Assembly (NCBI GenBank): GCA_002499005.1
Contig: DAJU01000001.1
Location: forward strand, 24,541-88,540
From: Thaumarchaeota archaeon UBA164
Lineage (GTDB): Archaea; Thermoproteota; Nitrososphaeria; Conexivisphaerales; UBA164
Reading direction: 5' to 3'
DNA: 64,000 bases
Shown: one piece after another, positions 17,107 to 25,931 of the stretch
Numbering within the stretch: position 1 is the stretch's first letter
Layout of the letters: each line of letters begins with the position of its first letter
Notes under the pieces: generated by a model
Seen by the model: only the letters and a program-made list of their open reading frames with translations
Database searches by the model: none
Told to the model about the DNA's origin: nothing
Program-made: the position numbers and the translations under genes

Positions 17107-17835
17107 CTTTGAGCAAATCTGCCTGAACGTGTTGATTCCTTCCGGGGTCTCAATTAAATTACCTATAACTATTCCATCCGCACCAGCTTTAACCAGTGCT
17201 CTCGCCTGTTCATAGCTGACGATGCCCCCTCCCACAAGAAGCAACCCATTATAGTACTTCTTTGCAGCCGCTACAAGTTCAGGCTGAACGGGCTCCGAGG
17301 TTCCTGAGCCACCCTCCAGATAAAGTAAGGGAAACCTGAAGAGCTTTGCCGCCGCAGCGTAAAGCGATATCAGTTCGGGCTTCCTTGGTATTGGCCTCAC
17401 CCTCCCAATAAATGAGACCGATGAATCGGGATTAAGGACAATGTATCCAGTTGGTATGGCCTCAATGCTGTACTCAAGTATCAGCGGGGCTGACAGCACC
17501 TGGGCATCCATCACATAGTATAAACTGTCGCTGTTCATAAGCACAAGGTACAGGATGCCATCAGCTAACTTTGATATCGCTGTGATGTTATTTGGGAATA
17601 TCACAACAGGCTTGTCAGTGAACGTCTTGATCTTACTTATGATATCACCTAAAAGCTCGCTGCTTGCAAGGGTTGATCCACCAACCAAAAAGGCGTCCGC
17701 AGGGCTGTCCTTTGCTATAGGGGATATCATCTCCTTTGTCCATGATCTGAAAGTTATAGGGTCAAGTAAAGGAAGGCACAGAGGCCTTGGTGATGACCTG
17801 ATAACTTCTTCAACTGAAATTTTACTATTACTCAT
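17092..17835 (-). CDS. geranylgeranylglyceryl phosphate synthase (PcrB/GGGPS family)
   Basis: Contains DAFLVGGS, PVVIFPNN, LYLEGGSG and LLVGGGI. 247 aa. Confidence 0.88.
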   Translation of the reverse strand: MSNSKISVEEVIRSSPRPLCLPLLDPITFRSWTKEMISPIAKDSPADAFLVGGSTLASSELLGDIISKIKTFTDKPVVIFPNNITAISKLADGILYLVLMNSDSLYYVMDAQVLSAPLILEYSIEAIPTGYIVLNPDSSVSFIGRVRPIPRKPELISLYAAAAKLFRFPLLYLEGGSGTSEPVQPELVAAAKKYYNGLLLVGGGIVSYEQARALVKAGADGIVIGNLIETPEGINTFRQICSKLKQH

Positions 17836-17875
17836 CCAAATGATACCTTGCAGCCCTAGTTAAAAACGCTTTCCG

Positions 17876-18124
17876 CTAGCTCAGCTTTCCAGCGTTAAAC
17901 GCATCAACGAATTCATTGTAAACGTCAATATAGTCTTGCTGTGAAATTGGCTTTTCATATCTTAAACTACAGTTGCCGCATATCACAACCCATTTATCCT
18001 CCTTTTTCAAAACGCTCACAGCGATCATGCCACACCTGGGACATCTCAGTATTTTTGGGAGAACTCTTTTTACGGGTTTAATTACCCGTCTCTTCTTCCT
18101 TGTCATACTACGTTTAATGCCCAC
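17876..18124 (-). CDS. Elf1-like zinc-ribbon transcription elongation factor homologue
   Basis: A basic N-terminus is followed by LRCPRCG...VVICGNCSLRYEKPISQQDYIDVYNEFVDAFNAG. This is collinear with eukaryotic Elf1 (F.CPFC...C..C...f..pi...s.piDVYsdWiDa). Confidence 0.7.
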   Translation of the reverse strand: MGIKRSMTRKKRRVIKPVKRVLPKILRCPRCGMIAVSVLKKEDKWVVICGNCSLRYEKPISQQDYIDVYNEFVDAFNAGKLS

Positions 18125-18215
18125 GGCTATTTAATAATTTCTTCGGCCATGGCCAATGTTAAACAAGTAAAAGTAATAAAAAGCCTAATAAGTCCCTTAT
18201 GTAAAGGGACCAACG

Positions 18216-18530
18216 ATGGCCCAGATAGCTAGGATTAAGCTGGTCTCAAGCGACCTGGACGACATAGAGTCGGCATCAAGCTCAATTAAGGAAATGGCAG
18301 AAAAGATGGGGGTGGCAATAAAGGGGCCTGTTCCCCTTCCTACAAAGAAGCTTCTGGTTGTCGTAAGAAAGGGCCCTTCAGGCGAAGGCACCCATACGTT
18401 TGACAAATGGGAGCTGAGGCTTCACAGGAGGCTTATAGACATAGAGGCAAACGAAAGGACCATCGCTCAGCTAACAAAGATAGAGTTCCCCAAGAGCGTT
18501 AACGTTGAAATAAGATTCCTGAGCAAGTAA
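18216..18530 (+). CDS. rps10: 30S ribosomal protein S10 (uS10)
   Basis: ARIKLVSSD...KGPVPLPTKKL.V.VRKGPSGEGTHTFDKWELRLHRRLIDI. Confidence 0.92.
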   Translation: MAQIARIKLVSSDLDDIESASSSIKEMAEKMGVAIKGPVPLPTKKLLVVVRKGPSGEGTHTFDKWELRLHRRLIDIEANERTIAQLTKIEFPKSVNVEIRFLSK

Positions 18531-18532
18531 GC

Positions 18533-18895
18533 CTATCTTCTAGCCTGCAGCTTAAGTATAGCAAGCGCTATATCTCCGTTTGTTTCCCGTAGCGCCCTCT
18601 CAGCCTCTTCTTTTGAAACGCCAGCCTGGGCCGCAACCAGCAGGACGTCCTCCTCTTTTATGGCAACTGGCGCCTCCTTTTCCTGAACCTCCTGCAGTGG
18701 TCCTTCGCTTACCTGGCCGCCTGAAACTTCATAGCTTGTTACGCCCTGCATCTTTACTATGCTGACCGACGGCCCCTTTATTGTGATCTCCTTTTCCTTT
18801 GTTATTATCCTGACCTCTACGACGTCCTTTATCTCCTCAACCTGAACCCCCAGCCTCTGCATCATCCTTCTGATTTCGCGGTTGCTCGGCATCAT
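18533..18895 (-). CDS. nac: nascent polypeptide-associated complex protein (NAC with UBA domain)
   Basis: Contains MMPSNREIRRMMQRLGVQVEEI, the NAC domain, and a C-terminal UBA (VSKEEAERALRETNGDIALAILKL). I trimmed the start from the track ORF (18982) to the ATGATG at 18895. Confidence 0.8.
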   Translation of the reverse strand: MMPSNREIRRMMQRLGVQVEEIKDVVEVRIITKEKEITIKGPSVSIVKMQGVTSYEVSGGQVSEGPLQEVQEKEAPVAIKEEDVLLVAAQAGVSKEEAERALRETNGDIALAILKLQARR

Positions 18896-19054
18896 TTTGT
18901 CATTAATTTTGGGGAGGCATCTTATAAACGTGCAGGAAAGCTTTAGGCCGGCGCGGTTCATCATCGTTGTTTTTGACAACATTTTTTAACGCAATAAAAG
19001 GCAAATTTGAGGCAACGGATTTAATAAAGGCGTAAAAAAGTATAGACAAAGGTA

Positions 19055-19591
19055 ATGTCTGAGGAGATAAGCTTTATACTTGAAGCGCTAAAGAAGGTTG
19101 ATTTACTCAGCTCCATGAAGGTTAAGTTTCTCCAGGATATGCCTGATTTTAATTTTAAAGACATAGGCGTTGAATCCCCAAAGAAAGACGAAATAAAGGA
19201 GATTGGAAGCTGGCTGGCCGTTGACCTCGCCAGCAAAGAGGCTGTTGAGCCGCTTGTATCAGAGTTCGAAGGCGAGCTTTACAGCTACCTGAACAAGGAA
19301 AAGCTGGCCGGCCAGTTCCAGCTGACGCCGCTGCCCGCTGATTTTTATCACCGAATGAGAATGTACTTCAAGCTTAAACGGCCTCAGGAAACCGAAAAGG
19401 CCAAAATATACGCAACAGACCTGATAACTCTTAGGGTAAACAAGATAACGCTGCTTGCGGTCCAGGGCATTGGGCATGAAAAAGTCAGGCCTCTGCTGAC
19501 CCCAGAGGAGATGTTCTTCTTTATGGAGGTCAAGGGCCTGATAGATGCCTGGAGGTCTGGGGTGATGGAGTATGGTGTACACTCAGTCTAG
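19055..19591 (+). CDS. putative GINS-family replisome subunit
   Basis: 178 aa and overlaps the mcm start by 20 nt. The helical segment LTPLPADFYHRMRMYF...DLITLRVNKITLLA...LTPEEMFFF resembles the GINS A-domain. The N-terminal 70 aa look like a small beta (B-type) domain. Confidence 0.45.
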   Translation: MSEEISFILEALKKVDLLSSMKVKFLQDMPDFNFKDIGVESPKKDEIKEIGSWLAVDLASKEAVEPLVSEFEGELYSYLNKEKLAGQFQLTPLPADFYHRMRMYFKLKRPQETEKAKIYATDLITLRVNKITLLAVQGIGHEKVRPLLTPEEMFFFMEVKGLIDAWRSGVMEYGVHSV

Positions 19592-21614
19592 GCTGTTTGA
19601 GCAGCTGGAGTACTTTATAAAGAGCTTCAGGGACGCAAACGGAAGCTATAAGTACAGGGAGCAGCTTTCCGCGCTTTCCTCGGAGGGCAAACGGTCTCTT
19701 GTTGTGGATTACAACGACCTATTGAAGTTTGACCCTGACCTTGCCGTTACGCTTGTTGAATCCCCAGACATAACCCTTCAGGAGTTCAGAAAGGCGGCGC
19801 TAGAAGCGCTCAAGATAGTAAATCCGTCGTACCATCAGGCGATCGAAAAGGAATTCAAGGTAAGGGTAAGCGGGCTAAGCGAAAGGGTAAACCTTAGGAG
19901 CGTCACATCCAAGTACATAGACAAGCTTATCTCAGTAGGGGGGATGGTGGTCAGGACTTCAGAGGTAATGCCTCTCCTCAGGGTCGCGGCGTATGTGTGC
20001 CCGCTTGGACACGTAACATACCAGGAGCAGTCCGGGACAACGCTAAAGAAGCCCCTGAGGTGCGCCGAATGCGGCGAAAAGGAGCTTGAGCTGGACAGGT
20101 CAAGGAGCCTTTTTACCGACTATCAGGTCATCAGGATTCAGGAGCTTCCTGAAGAGCTTCCGCCAGGCCAGCTGCCTCAGTACATAGACGTTGAAGTTGA
20201 CGGGGACCTGGTCAACATGGCAAGGCCAGGCGACAGGATAGTCGTCACAGGCACAATAAGGGCTGTTCAGGAAAGGGCCAGAGGTCTCCCTCAGGCAAGC
20301 CTGTTTAAGATAAAGCTGGAGGGGCTCTGGGTAGATCAGTTCAACAGGTCAAGCGAAAGGATAGAGATAACAAAGGAGGACGAAGAAAGGATAAGGGCGC
20401 TGGCCAGGGACCCTGAAATTTATGAGAAGCTAATAGGGTCACTTGCGCCCGGGATACACGGGCACGAGGACATAAAGGAGGCCCTGCTTCTAATGATGGC
20501 AGGGGCCCCGCAGACTCAGCTTCCTGACGGCCAGACGCTGAGGGGCGACATAAACATACTTCTTGTTGGCGATCCCGGCACTGCAAAGTCTGAGCTTCTC
20601 AAGTACGTGGCCAGGCTTTCGCCAAGGGCCCTTTATACAAGCGGCAGGGGCTCAACTGCCGCCGGCCTAACTGCGGCTGTAGTTAAGGAGTCAAACGGGA
20701 TGATGATGCTTGAAGCCGGTGCAGTGGTTCTTGCGGATCAGGGCATAGCGTGCATTGATGAGTTTGACAAGATGAGGCCTGAGGACAGAGGCGTTCTTCA
20801 TGAGGTGATGGAGCAGCAGACGGTCAGCGTAGCAAAGGGCGGCATCGTTGCCACGCTAAACGCCAGAACCTCCATACTTGCGGCGGCAAACCCGGTTTAC
20901 GGACGCTATGATCCGTACAAGAACATATATGAAAACATAAACCTGCCAATACCGCTCCTTAACAGGTTTGACCTTATATTTGTGCTGAGGGACACTCCAA
21001 ACAAGGAAACCGACGAAAAGCTTGCTGAGCACATACTTGAGCTGAGGAAGAGGAGCGACTACGTGTATGCACCTTTCATAGACTTTATGATGCTTAAGAA
21101 GTACCTGAGCTACGTGAAGAGGGTAAGCCCCAGGCTTTCAGATGCGGCTTCAAAGAAGATAAAGGAGTTTTACCTAAGCATGAGGTCCCTTAGCGACGGC
21201 TCAACGATAGCGATAACGGCAAGACAGCTTGAAACGCTTGTGAGGCTTGCCCTTGCAAGGGCAAGGGTCCTTTTAAAGGATGAGGCGGACGAGGATGACG
21301 CTGAAAGGGCGATTTCGCTTACAAGAAAGATGCTCGAAACTGTTGGAATGGATGTAAGGAGCCAGAAGATGGACATAGGCGGAATACTTCAGGGGAAGCC
21401 AGCAAGCGAAAGAACGCAGCTGCAGGTCGCGCTTGAAACAATAAGAAGAATGTGCGAGGAAAGAAACGGTGAAGCAGTTGATGAAAAGGAGCTTGTGAAT
21501 GAGCTTGTAAAGACAGGCAAGTTCACGCAGGAGGACGTTGCCAGGATAATTACAATAATGCTCAGAAGCGGGCAGATATACGAAAAACAATGGAATAAGT
21601 ACTGCGTAACTTAA
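19572..21614 (+). CDS. mcm: MCM replicative helicase
   Basis: Contains a zinc motif (CPLGH...CAECG), Walker A GDPGTAKS, Walker B CIDEFDKM, the arginine finger region SILAAANP, and a C-terminal winged helix. 680 aa with no intein. Confidence 0.96.
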   Translation: MVYTQSRLFEQLEYFIKSFRDANGSYKYREQLSALSSEGKRSLVVDYNDLLKFDPDLAVTLVESPDITLQEFRKAALEALKIVNPSYHQAIEKEFKVRVSGLSERVNLRSVTSKYIDKLISVGGMVVRTSEVMPLLRVAAYVCPLGHVTYQEQSGTTLKKPLRCAECGEKELELDRSRSLFTDYQVIRIQELPEELPPGQLPQYIDVEVDGDLVNMARPGDRIVVTGTIRAVQERARGLPQASLFKIKLEGLWVDQFNRSSERIEITKEDEERIRALARDPEIYEKLIGSLAPGIHGHEDIKEALLLMMAGAPQTQLPDGQTLRGDINILLVGDPGTAKSELLKYVARLSPRALYTSGRGSTAAGLTAAVVKESNGMMMLEAGAVVLADQGIACIDEFDKMRPEDRGVLHEVMEQQTVSVAKGGIVATLNARTSILAAANPVYGRYDPYKNIYENINLPIPLLNRFDLIFVLRDTPNKETDEKLAEHILELRKRSDYVYAPFIDFMMLKKYLSYVKRVSPRLSDAASKKIKEFYLSMRSLSDGSTIAITARQLETLVRLALARARVLLKDEADEDDAERAISLTRKMLETVGMDVRSQKMDIGGILQGKPASERTQLQVALETIRRMCEERNGEAVDEKELVNELVKTGKFTQEDVARIITIMLRSGQIYEKQWNKYCVT

Positions 21615-21701
21615 TACATGCTGTTGCTGGGCTTTAAACCATGCACACAAAAGCGCACCGCAATCTTTTTATATAAAGAATTTCTATAAGAAAAAATTGG
21701 C

Positions 21702-22451
21702 ATGACATGGAATGGTGTGCAGTTTGACCTGCACTCAGTAATACCTTGGTGGGCAATGCTCATCTACTTCCTGATAATTGCCGCGCTTCTGGTCTATGGC
21801 TGGAGAAAGCATGTTCTGTATAACCTTAGAACTGTGGACTTCGTTTACATGGGCCTTTTGGCGGCGCTGTTGGTAATATACAACTTCTTCATATCGCCGC
21901 TGATACCCAGGTTCTCTACAGTAACATCGTTCTTCTACTATCCTATAATAGGCGAGACGTTCATATTGTTCTTGGTGGCTGCTCTGATAGGCAAGCCAGG
22001 CAGCGTGATGATTATGATGTTTATCTACACTCTGCTTTCAGACATATTCCACTACGGCTTTGGCGGCGAGCCCTTCTGGTTCATATATGAAGTAACTGCA
22101 TATGCAGCGCTGATAGACATGTGGTTATTGCTGAGGGGCAAGTACATGGGAACCCCGTATCAGAGGTTCTTTGGCGGCGCCGCAACGGCCACAGCAGGAG
22201 GCAAGCCAGCCAACGTAAGGAAGATACCATACTTCTACCTAGTTGACGGCGCTGTAGTAGGCTTTGTAACGTCCATAGCTTACAACTTCTGGTACCAGGG
22301 CTTCTGGGCCACGTTTGTTGAGGGCTACTCGTACACAACAAACTATGTGCTGGTGACAACGGCCACCAACGGCATAATGGGTATAATAGTGGGCATAATA
22401 CTGGCGCCGCTTGTCTACTACATCAAGTCAGTCGTCGTTGGAAAAGTATAG
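21702..22451 (+). CDS. polytopic membrane protein, candidate substrate-capture (S) component of the adjacent ECF transporter
   Basis: 249 aa with about 6 hydrophobic segments. The call rests on position upstream of the fused ecfA. I recognised no diagnostic motif. Confidence 0.4.
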   Translation: MTWNGVQFDLHSVIPWWAMLIYFLIIAALLVYGWRKHVLYNLRTVDFVYMGLLAALLVIYNFFISPLIPRFSTVTSFFYYPIIGETFILFLVAALIGKPGSVMIMMFIYTLLSDIFHYGFGGEPFWFIYEVTAYAALIDMWLLLRGKYMGTPYQRFFGGAATATAGGKPANVRKIPYFYLVDGAVVGFVTSIAYNFWYQGFWATFVEGYSYTTNYVLVTTATNGIMGIIVGIILAPLVYYIKSVVVGKV

Positions 22452-22494
22452 GGAAAAACTTATTTACCATTTTTTTCCTTATTTTTAGTTTGGC

Positions 22495-24222
22495 TTGAAA
22501 GCTGTATCTATATCGAACCTGACTGTAAACTACACGCTTGAAGGCGAACCGGCCCTCAAGAACGTTAACCTTGAAATAGACGAGGGGGAGTTTGTTCTGC
22601 TTGTTGGGAGGACCGGCTCGGGCAAGTCCACGCTCCTTAATGTAATAAATGGTGTTATACCGCATGTTATCGAGGCTCAGGTTGAGGGCAGTGTAAATGT
22701 TTACGGAGTTGACGTAAAGAACGCCCAACTAAAGGAAATAACAAAGCATGTTGGAACTGTGTATCAGGTGCCAGAGGACCAGATATTTGCGCTTATAGTT
22801 GAGGACGACGTGGCGTTTGGCCCTGAAAACATGGCAATAGACCCAAAGGAGATAAAGGAAAGGGTCGAATGGGCCCTGAAAGAGGTTAACCTTTACGATT
22901 ACAGGCGCTCCCCCACCTTTCTGCTTTCAGGCGGCCAGAAGCAAAGGCTTGTAATAGCGGGCGCGCTCGCGATGAGGCCTAAGCTGCTTATACTTGACGA
23001 GCCAACCAGCATGCTTGATTCGCTTGGAACAGAGGAGGTATTTAAGACGCTTAAGAGGCTCAGGGACGAATACGGAATGACGATCATAATGGCCGAGCAC
23101 AAGGTTGAAAGGGTGCTTGGCCTTGTTGACAGGCTTGTGCTGATACATAACAAGACCATAGCCGTTGACAAGCCCATAAGGGAGGCGCTGATGATGGATC
23201 TGGCAAGATACGGAATAGAGGAGCCTCAGATATCTGTTGTTCAAAAGATGGTTAACCCTAACGTCCCCCAGGCGCCGCTGAGCGTGGAGGAGTTCATACA
23301 GATGAACCGCGATGCTGCCGAAGCGCTAAGGGGAAAGGAGCTGCCTTTCAAGGACCCGGATACTGAGCCCTTTGAGGGCACCGAAGATATACTTGAGTTC
23401 AGAGACGTCTGGTTCAAGTACGAGAGAAGCAAGGAGTTCACGCTTAAGGGCGTGTCGTTCAAGGTCAGAAAGGGTGAGTCGGTCTCAATAATGGGGCCCA
23501 ACGGCTCCGGCAAGACCACTGCGCTGAGGACGATAGCCGGCCTCCAGTTTGCAACAAAGGGGGAGGTTATAATAGCCGGCATGGACGCAAAAAGGATAAA
23601 GCGCGCGGATTTTCCAAAGCTTGTCGGGTATGTGTTTCAGGACCCTGATCAGATGATACTGAACACAACAGTTATCTCTGAAATCACATTTACCCCCAGG
23701 ATACTTGGGGAGACCATTGAGAGCGCAACAAAGAGGGCTGAGGAGCTCCTCAGGATGTTTGGCATGTACAGCTACAAGGACGAATCGCCGCACAGGCTCA
23801 GCGTGGGGCAGAGAAGGCTGGTCACAATAATGAGCGCTTTGATAACAAACCCGCACATCCTGCTGCTGGATGAACCAACCAGGGGGCTTGACAAGCAGAC
23901 CGGCGAAGAGGTTCTGTCGTATATAAGGGACCTGAACAAGAGCTTTGGGGTAACGGTCATAATGGTTTCGCACAACGTGAAACAGGCCGCGGACTACAGC
24001 AATAAGGCCATTGTTTTCTATGATGGGAAAGTGGTTGCAGAAGACACTCCGCGTAGCGCGTTCATACAGTCAATGAATCACAGGGAATGGTCCATTGTGC
24101 CTCCGCAGGTATTTCAGCTAACCTACAGCCTTGGGGTTAAGCCCCCTGCAGTTAAGTTAAATGAAATGGAAAAGCTGCTTGAAGTGCAGGGCATAAAGGC
24201 AAAGGCGGGGGAGCTAAAATGA
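22495..24222 (+). CDS. ecfA: fused tandem ABC ATPase of an ECF-type transporter (EcfA1-EcfA2 fusion)
   Basis: TTG start. Two complete cassettes are present: GRTGSGKST/LSGGQKQR/LILDEP and GPNGSGKTT/LSVGQRRL/LLLDEP. Confidence 0.9.
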   Translation: MKAVSISNLTVNYTLEGEPALKNVNLEIDEGEFVLLVGRTGSGKSTLLNVINGVIPHVIEAQVEGSVNVYGVDVKNAQLKEITKHVGTVYQVPEDQIFALIVEDDVAFGPENMAIDPKEIKERVEWALKEVNLYDYRRSPTFLLSGGQKQRLVIAGALAMRPKLLILDEPTSMLDSLGTEEVFKTLKRLRDEYGMTIIMAEHKVERVLGLVDRLVLIHNKTIAVDKPIREALMMDLARYGIEEPQISVVQKMVNPNVPQAPLSVEEFIQMNRDAAEALRGKELPFKDPDTEPFEGTEDILEFRDVWFKYERSKEFTLKGVSFKVRKGESVSIMGPNGSGKTTALRTIAGLQFATKGEVIIAGMDAKRIKRADFPKLVGYVFQDPDQMILNTTVISEITFTPRILGETIESATKRAEELLRMFGMYSYKDESPHRLSVGQRRLVTIMSALITNPHILLLDEPTRGLDKQTGEEVLSYIRDLNKSFGVTVIMVSHNVKQAADYSNKAIVFYDGKVVAEDTPRSAFIQSMNHREWSIVPPQVFQLTYSLGVKPPAVKLNEMEKLLEVQGIKAKAGELK

Positions 24223-24656
24223 ACAGGAGATACATAAACCTCACAGTAATAGTTCTCATCACGGCATTACTGTTTTATGGCATATATTACAGCTACGTTA
24301 CAGAGCCCCTGGTAACGGTAACCTCCATTTCAGTTACGCTTAACGGCGGCGCAAGCAGCTATGTCAAAGTGGATGGCAAATCGCTGGCCGGCGTCCCGCC
24401 TATAACAATCAAATCATCAAGCTTTTTTGAATACGTGATAAACTTTACGAACACAGCAAACAGCACGGTCTATGTTACAGCAGTATACACCAATACAAAA
24501 GGCTTTTCAATACCAACCACGTACCTTTCTCAATCGCTTCCTTATGCCATACCTCCTAGGGGAACTAGGACCTTGGATGTCACAATTGAAACGCCATCGT
24601 CCAGCTATTCAGGCCCAATGAGCATCATTATAAATATGAGCTATACTGGAAAGTGA
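24219..24656 (+). CDS. membrane-anchored beta-rich protein of unknown function, translationally coupled to ecfA
   Basis: The start overlaps the ecfA stop (ATGA). It has an N-terminal TM segment (INLTVIVLITALLFYGIYY), then a Ser/Thr-rich beta-type region with NFT, NST and NMS sequons. Confidence 0.6.
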   Translation: MNRRYINLTVIVLITALLFYGIYYSYVTEPLVTVTSISVTLNGGASSYVKVDGKSLAGVPPITIKSSSFFEYVINFTNTANSTVYVTAVYTNTKGFSIPTTYLSQSLPYAIPPRGTRTLDVTIETPSSSYSGPMSIIINMSYTGK

Positions 24657-25213
24657 ATGTCTAGGTCTTTCTATACTTGGCTCATTGATTTTATAGGTAA
24701 AACAGGTCATGCCATAAGCCCACCATTACTTGACGCGTCATTGTGCAGTCGTTCTTTTACCGAATTCACTGTCATGTTAAGCATAATTGTAACCCATTTC
24801 ATACGCCTCATGCGTCTTACAAGATTGGTCTGAACGCAACAAAGGGCTCTTCATAGGTTGTTAAAGCTCATTGTCTCTAGGGTAACCGGATAACCGGCTT
24901 AAGGCAAGAGCTGCGGACCAGCGCACATACTCCTCATCTTGACATATACATGTTTGGCTTTCCTATAGCCGGGTCAATGGTTTGCGTGACCCTGCAGGAT
25001 AAATGGGAACCAAAACACCGTTTTCTATGCAGACGCAGAAGGCGCTTGCTGGCAAATGCATTGTCCACGCTCCCCATAAGCGCACAGACGCCCCTGCGTG
25101 GCCTGTATGCCCAGCAACATGAACTATGAAGCAGCCAAAGAAATCATAGCTGTGTAGCAAAGCAAGCACAAGAAAAAGCTTAAATATTTTAAATTTAATA
25201 AACTAAAAATGGC

Positions 25214-25711
25214 ATGAACAGTTCTAATCCTGAAATCGCCGAACCTGAACTCCGGAGTGTTTCTGCGCGCACGCTTTCTCTTACCAACATAGTAATTGGA
25301 GTTCTGTTGCTAATCTTAATACCCCTCGCGATGTTGGAAAGCTACAACTATTACCCCCATAAATACAATTTTCTCGACGTCGGCATAAGCTCAGTAATCT
25401 CGATAATTATTATAATAGTCGCTACAATTGATTATCTGTCAATTAAACGCGGCAAAGGCAACATAGTATGGCCAGCAATTCTGTTGATCTTCTCGCTCAT
25501 ACTTATGTTTCAATACATTGATCCATACGACTTTCCTGCATTGGCGACCTATCATCTATACATAATACCAGTTTTCATAAAAAGCACTCCCTATTACGTC
25601 TCATACCATGTATACGACCTGCTGTTTGGGATAAGCCTTGGATTTGGAATATTCCTCTTTGTAACATCGCTCTGGGAAATAGCGCAACTGCGCAAATCAA
25701 AAACGCAATAA
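25214..25711 (+). CDS. small polytopic membrane protein of unknown function
   Basis: 165 aa with about 4-5 hydrophobic segments and an AT-rich promoter-like sequence upstream. Confidence 0.55.
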   Translation: MNSSNPEIAEPELRSVSARTLSLTNIVIGVLLLILIPLAMLESYNYYPHKYNFLDVGISSVISIIIIIVATIDYLSIKRGKGNIVWPAILLIFSLILMFQYIDPYDFPALATYHLYIIPVFIKSTPYYVSYHVYDLLFGISLGFGIFLFVTSLWEIAQLRKSKTQ

Positions 25712-25931
25712 ACGCCATAAATCATAAGGCATTCTTTTTTTACTTTGAGCTATCTTAATGGTTAAGAAAGACATATTACGTTTGAGGCTGGCTAAATAAA
25801 TGGGCAATAGATATCTTAGAAAAGCCTGTGTTAAATGCGGTTTAAAATTCAACGAACTAGAGTTTTACAACAGCCCAACAGCGGCCAAGCCGGCAAACGT
25901 TTATATTTCCAAGCAATTAAAATAATATGAA

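Noticed and set aside
24963-25169. A 68-aa minus-strand track ORF in the ECF-locus gap.
   Set aside because: Its composition (His/Cys/Gly/Ala-rich, no motif) and the lack of a start context make it unconvincing as a gene.
25800-25925. A 41-aa ORF (MGNRYLRKACVKCGLKFNELEFYNSPTAAKPANVYISKQLK) just upstream of ecfT.
   Set aside because: It has only one CxxC knuckle and matches no recognisable small-protein family. It overlaps what is probably the ecfT promoter. The evidence is too weak to call a gene.
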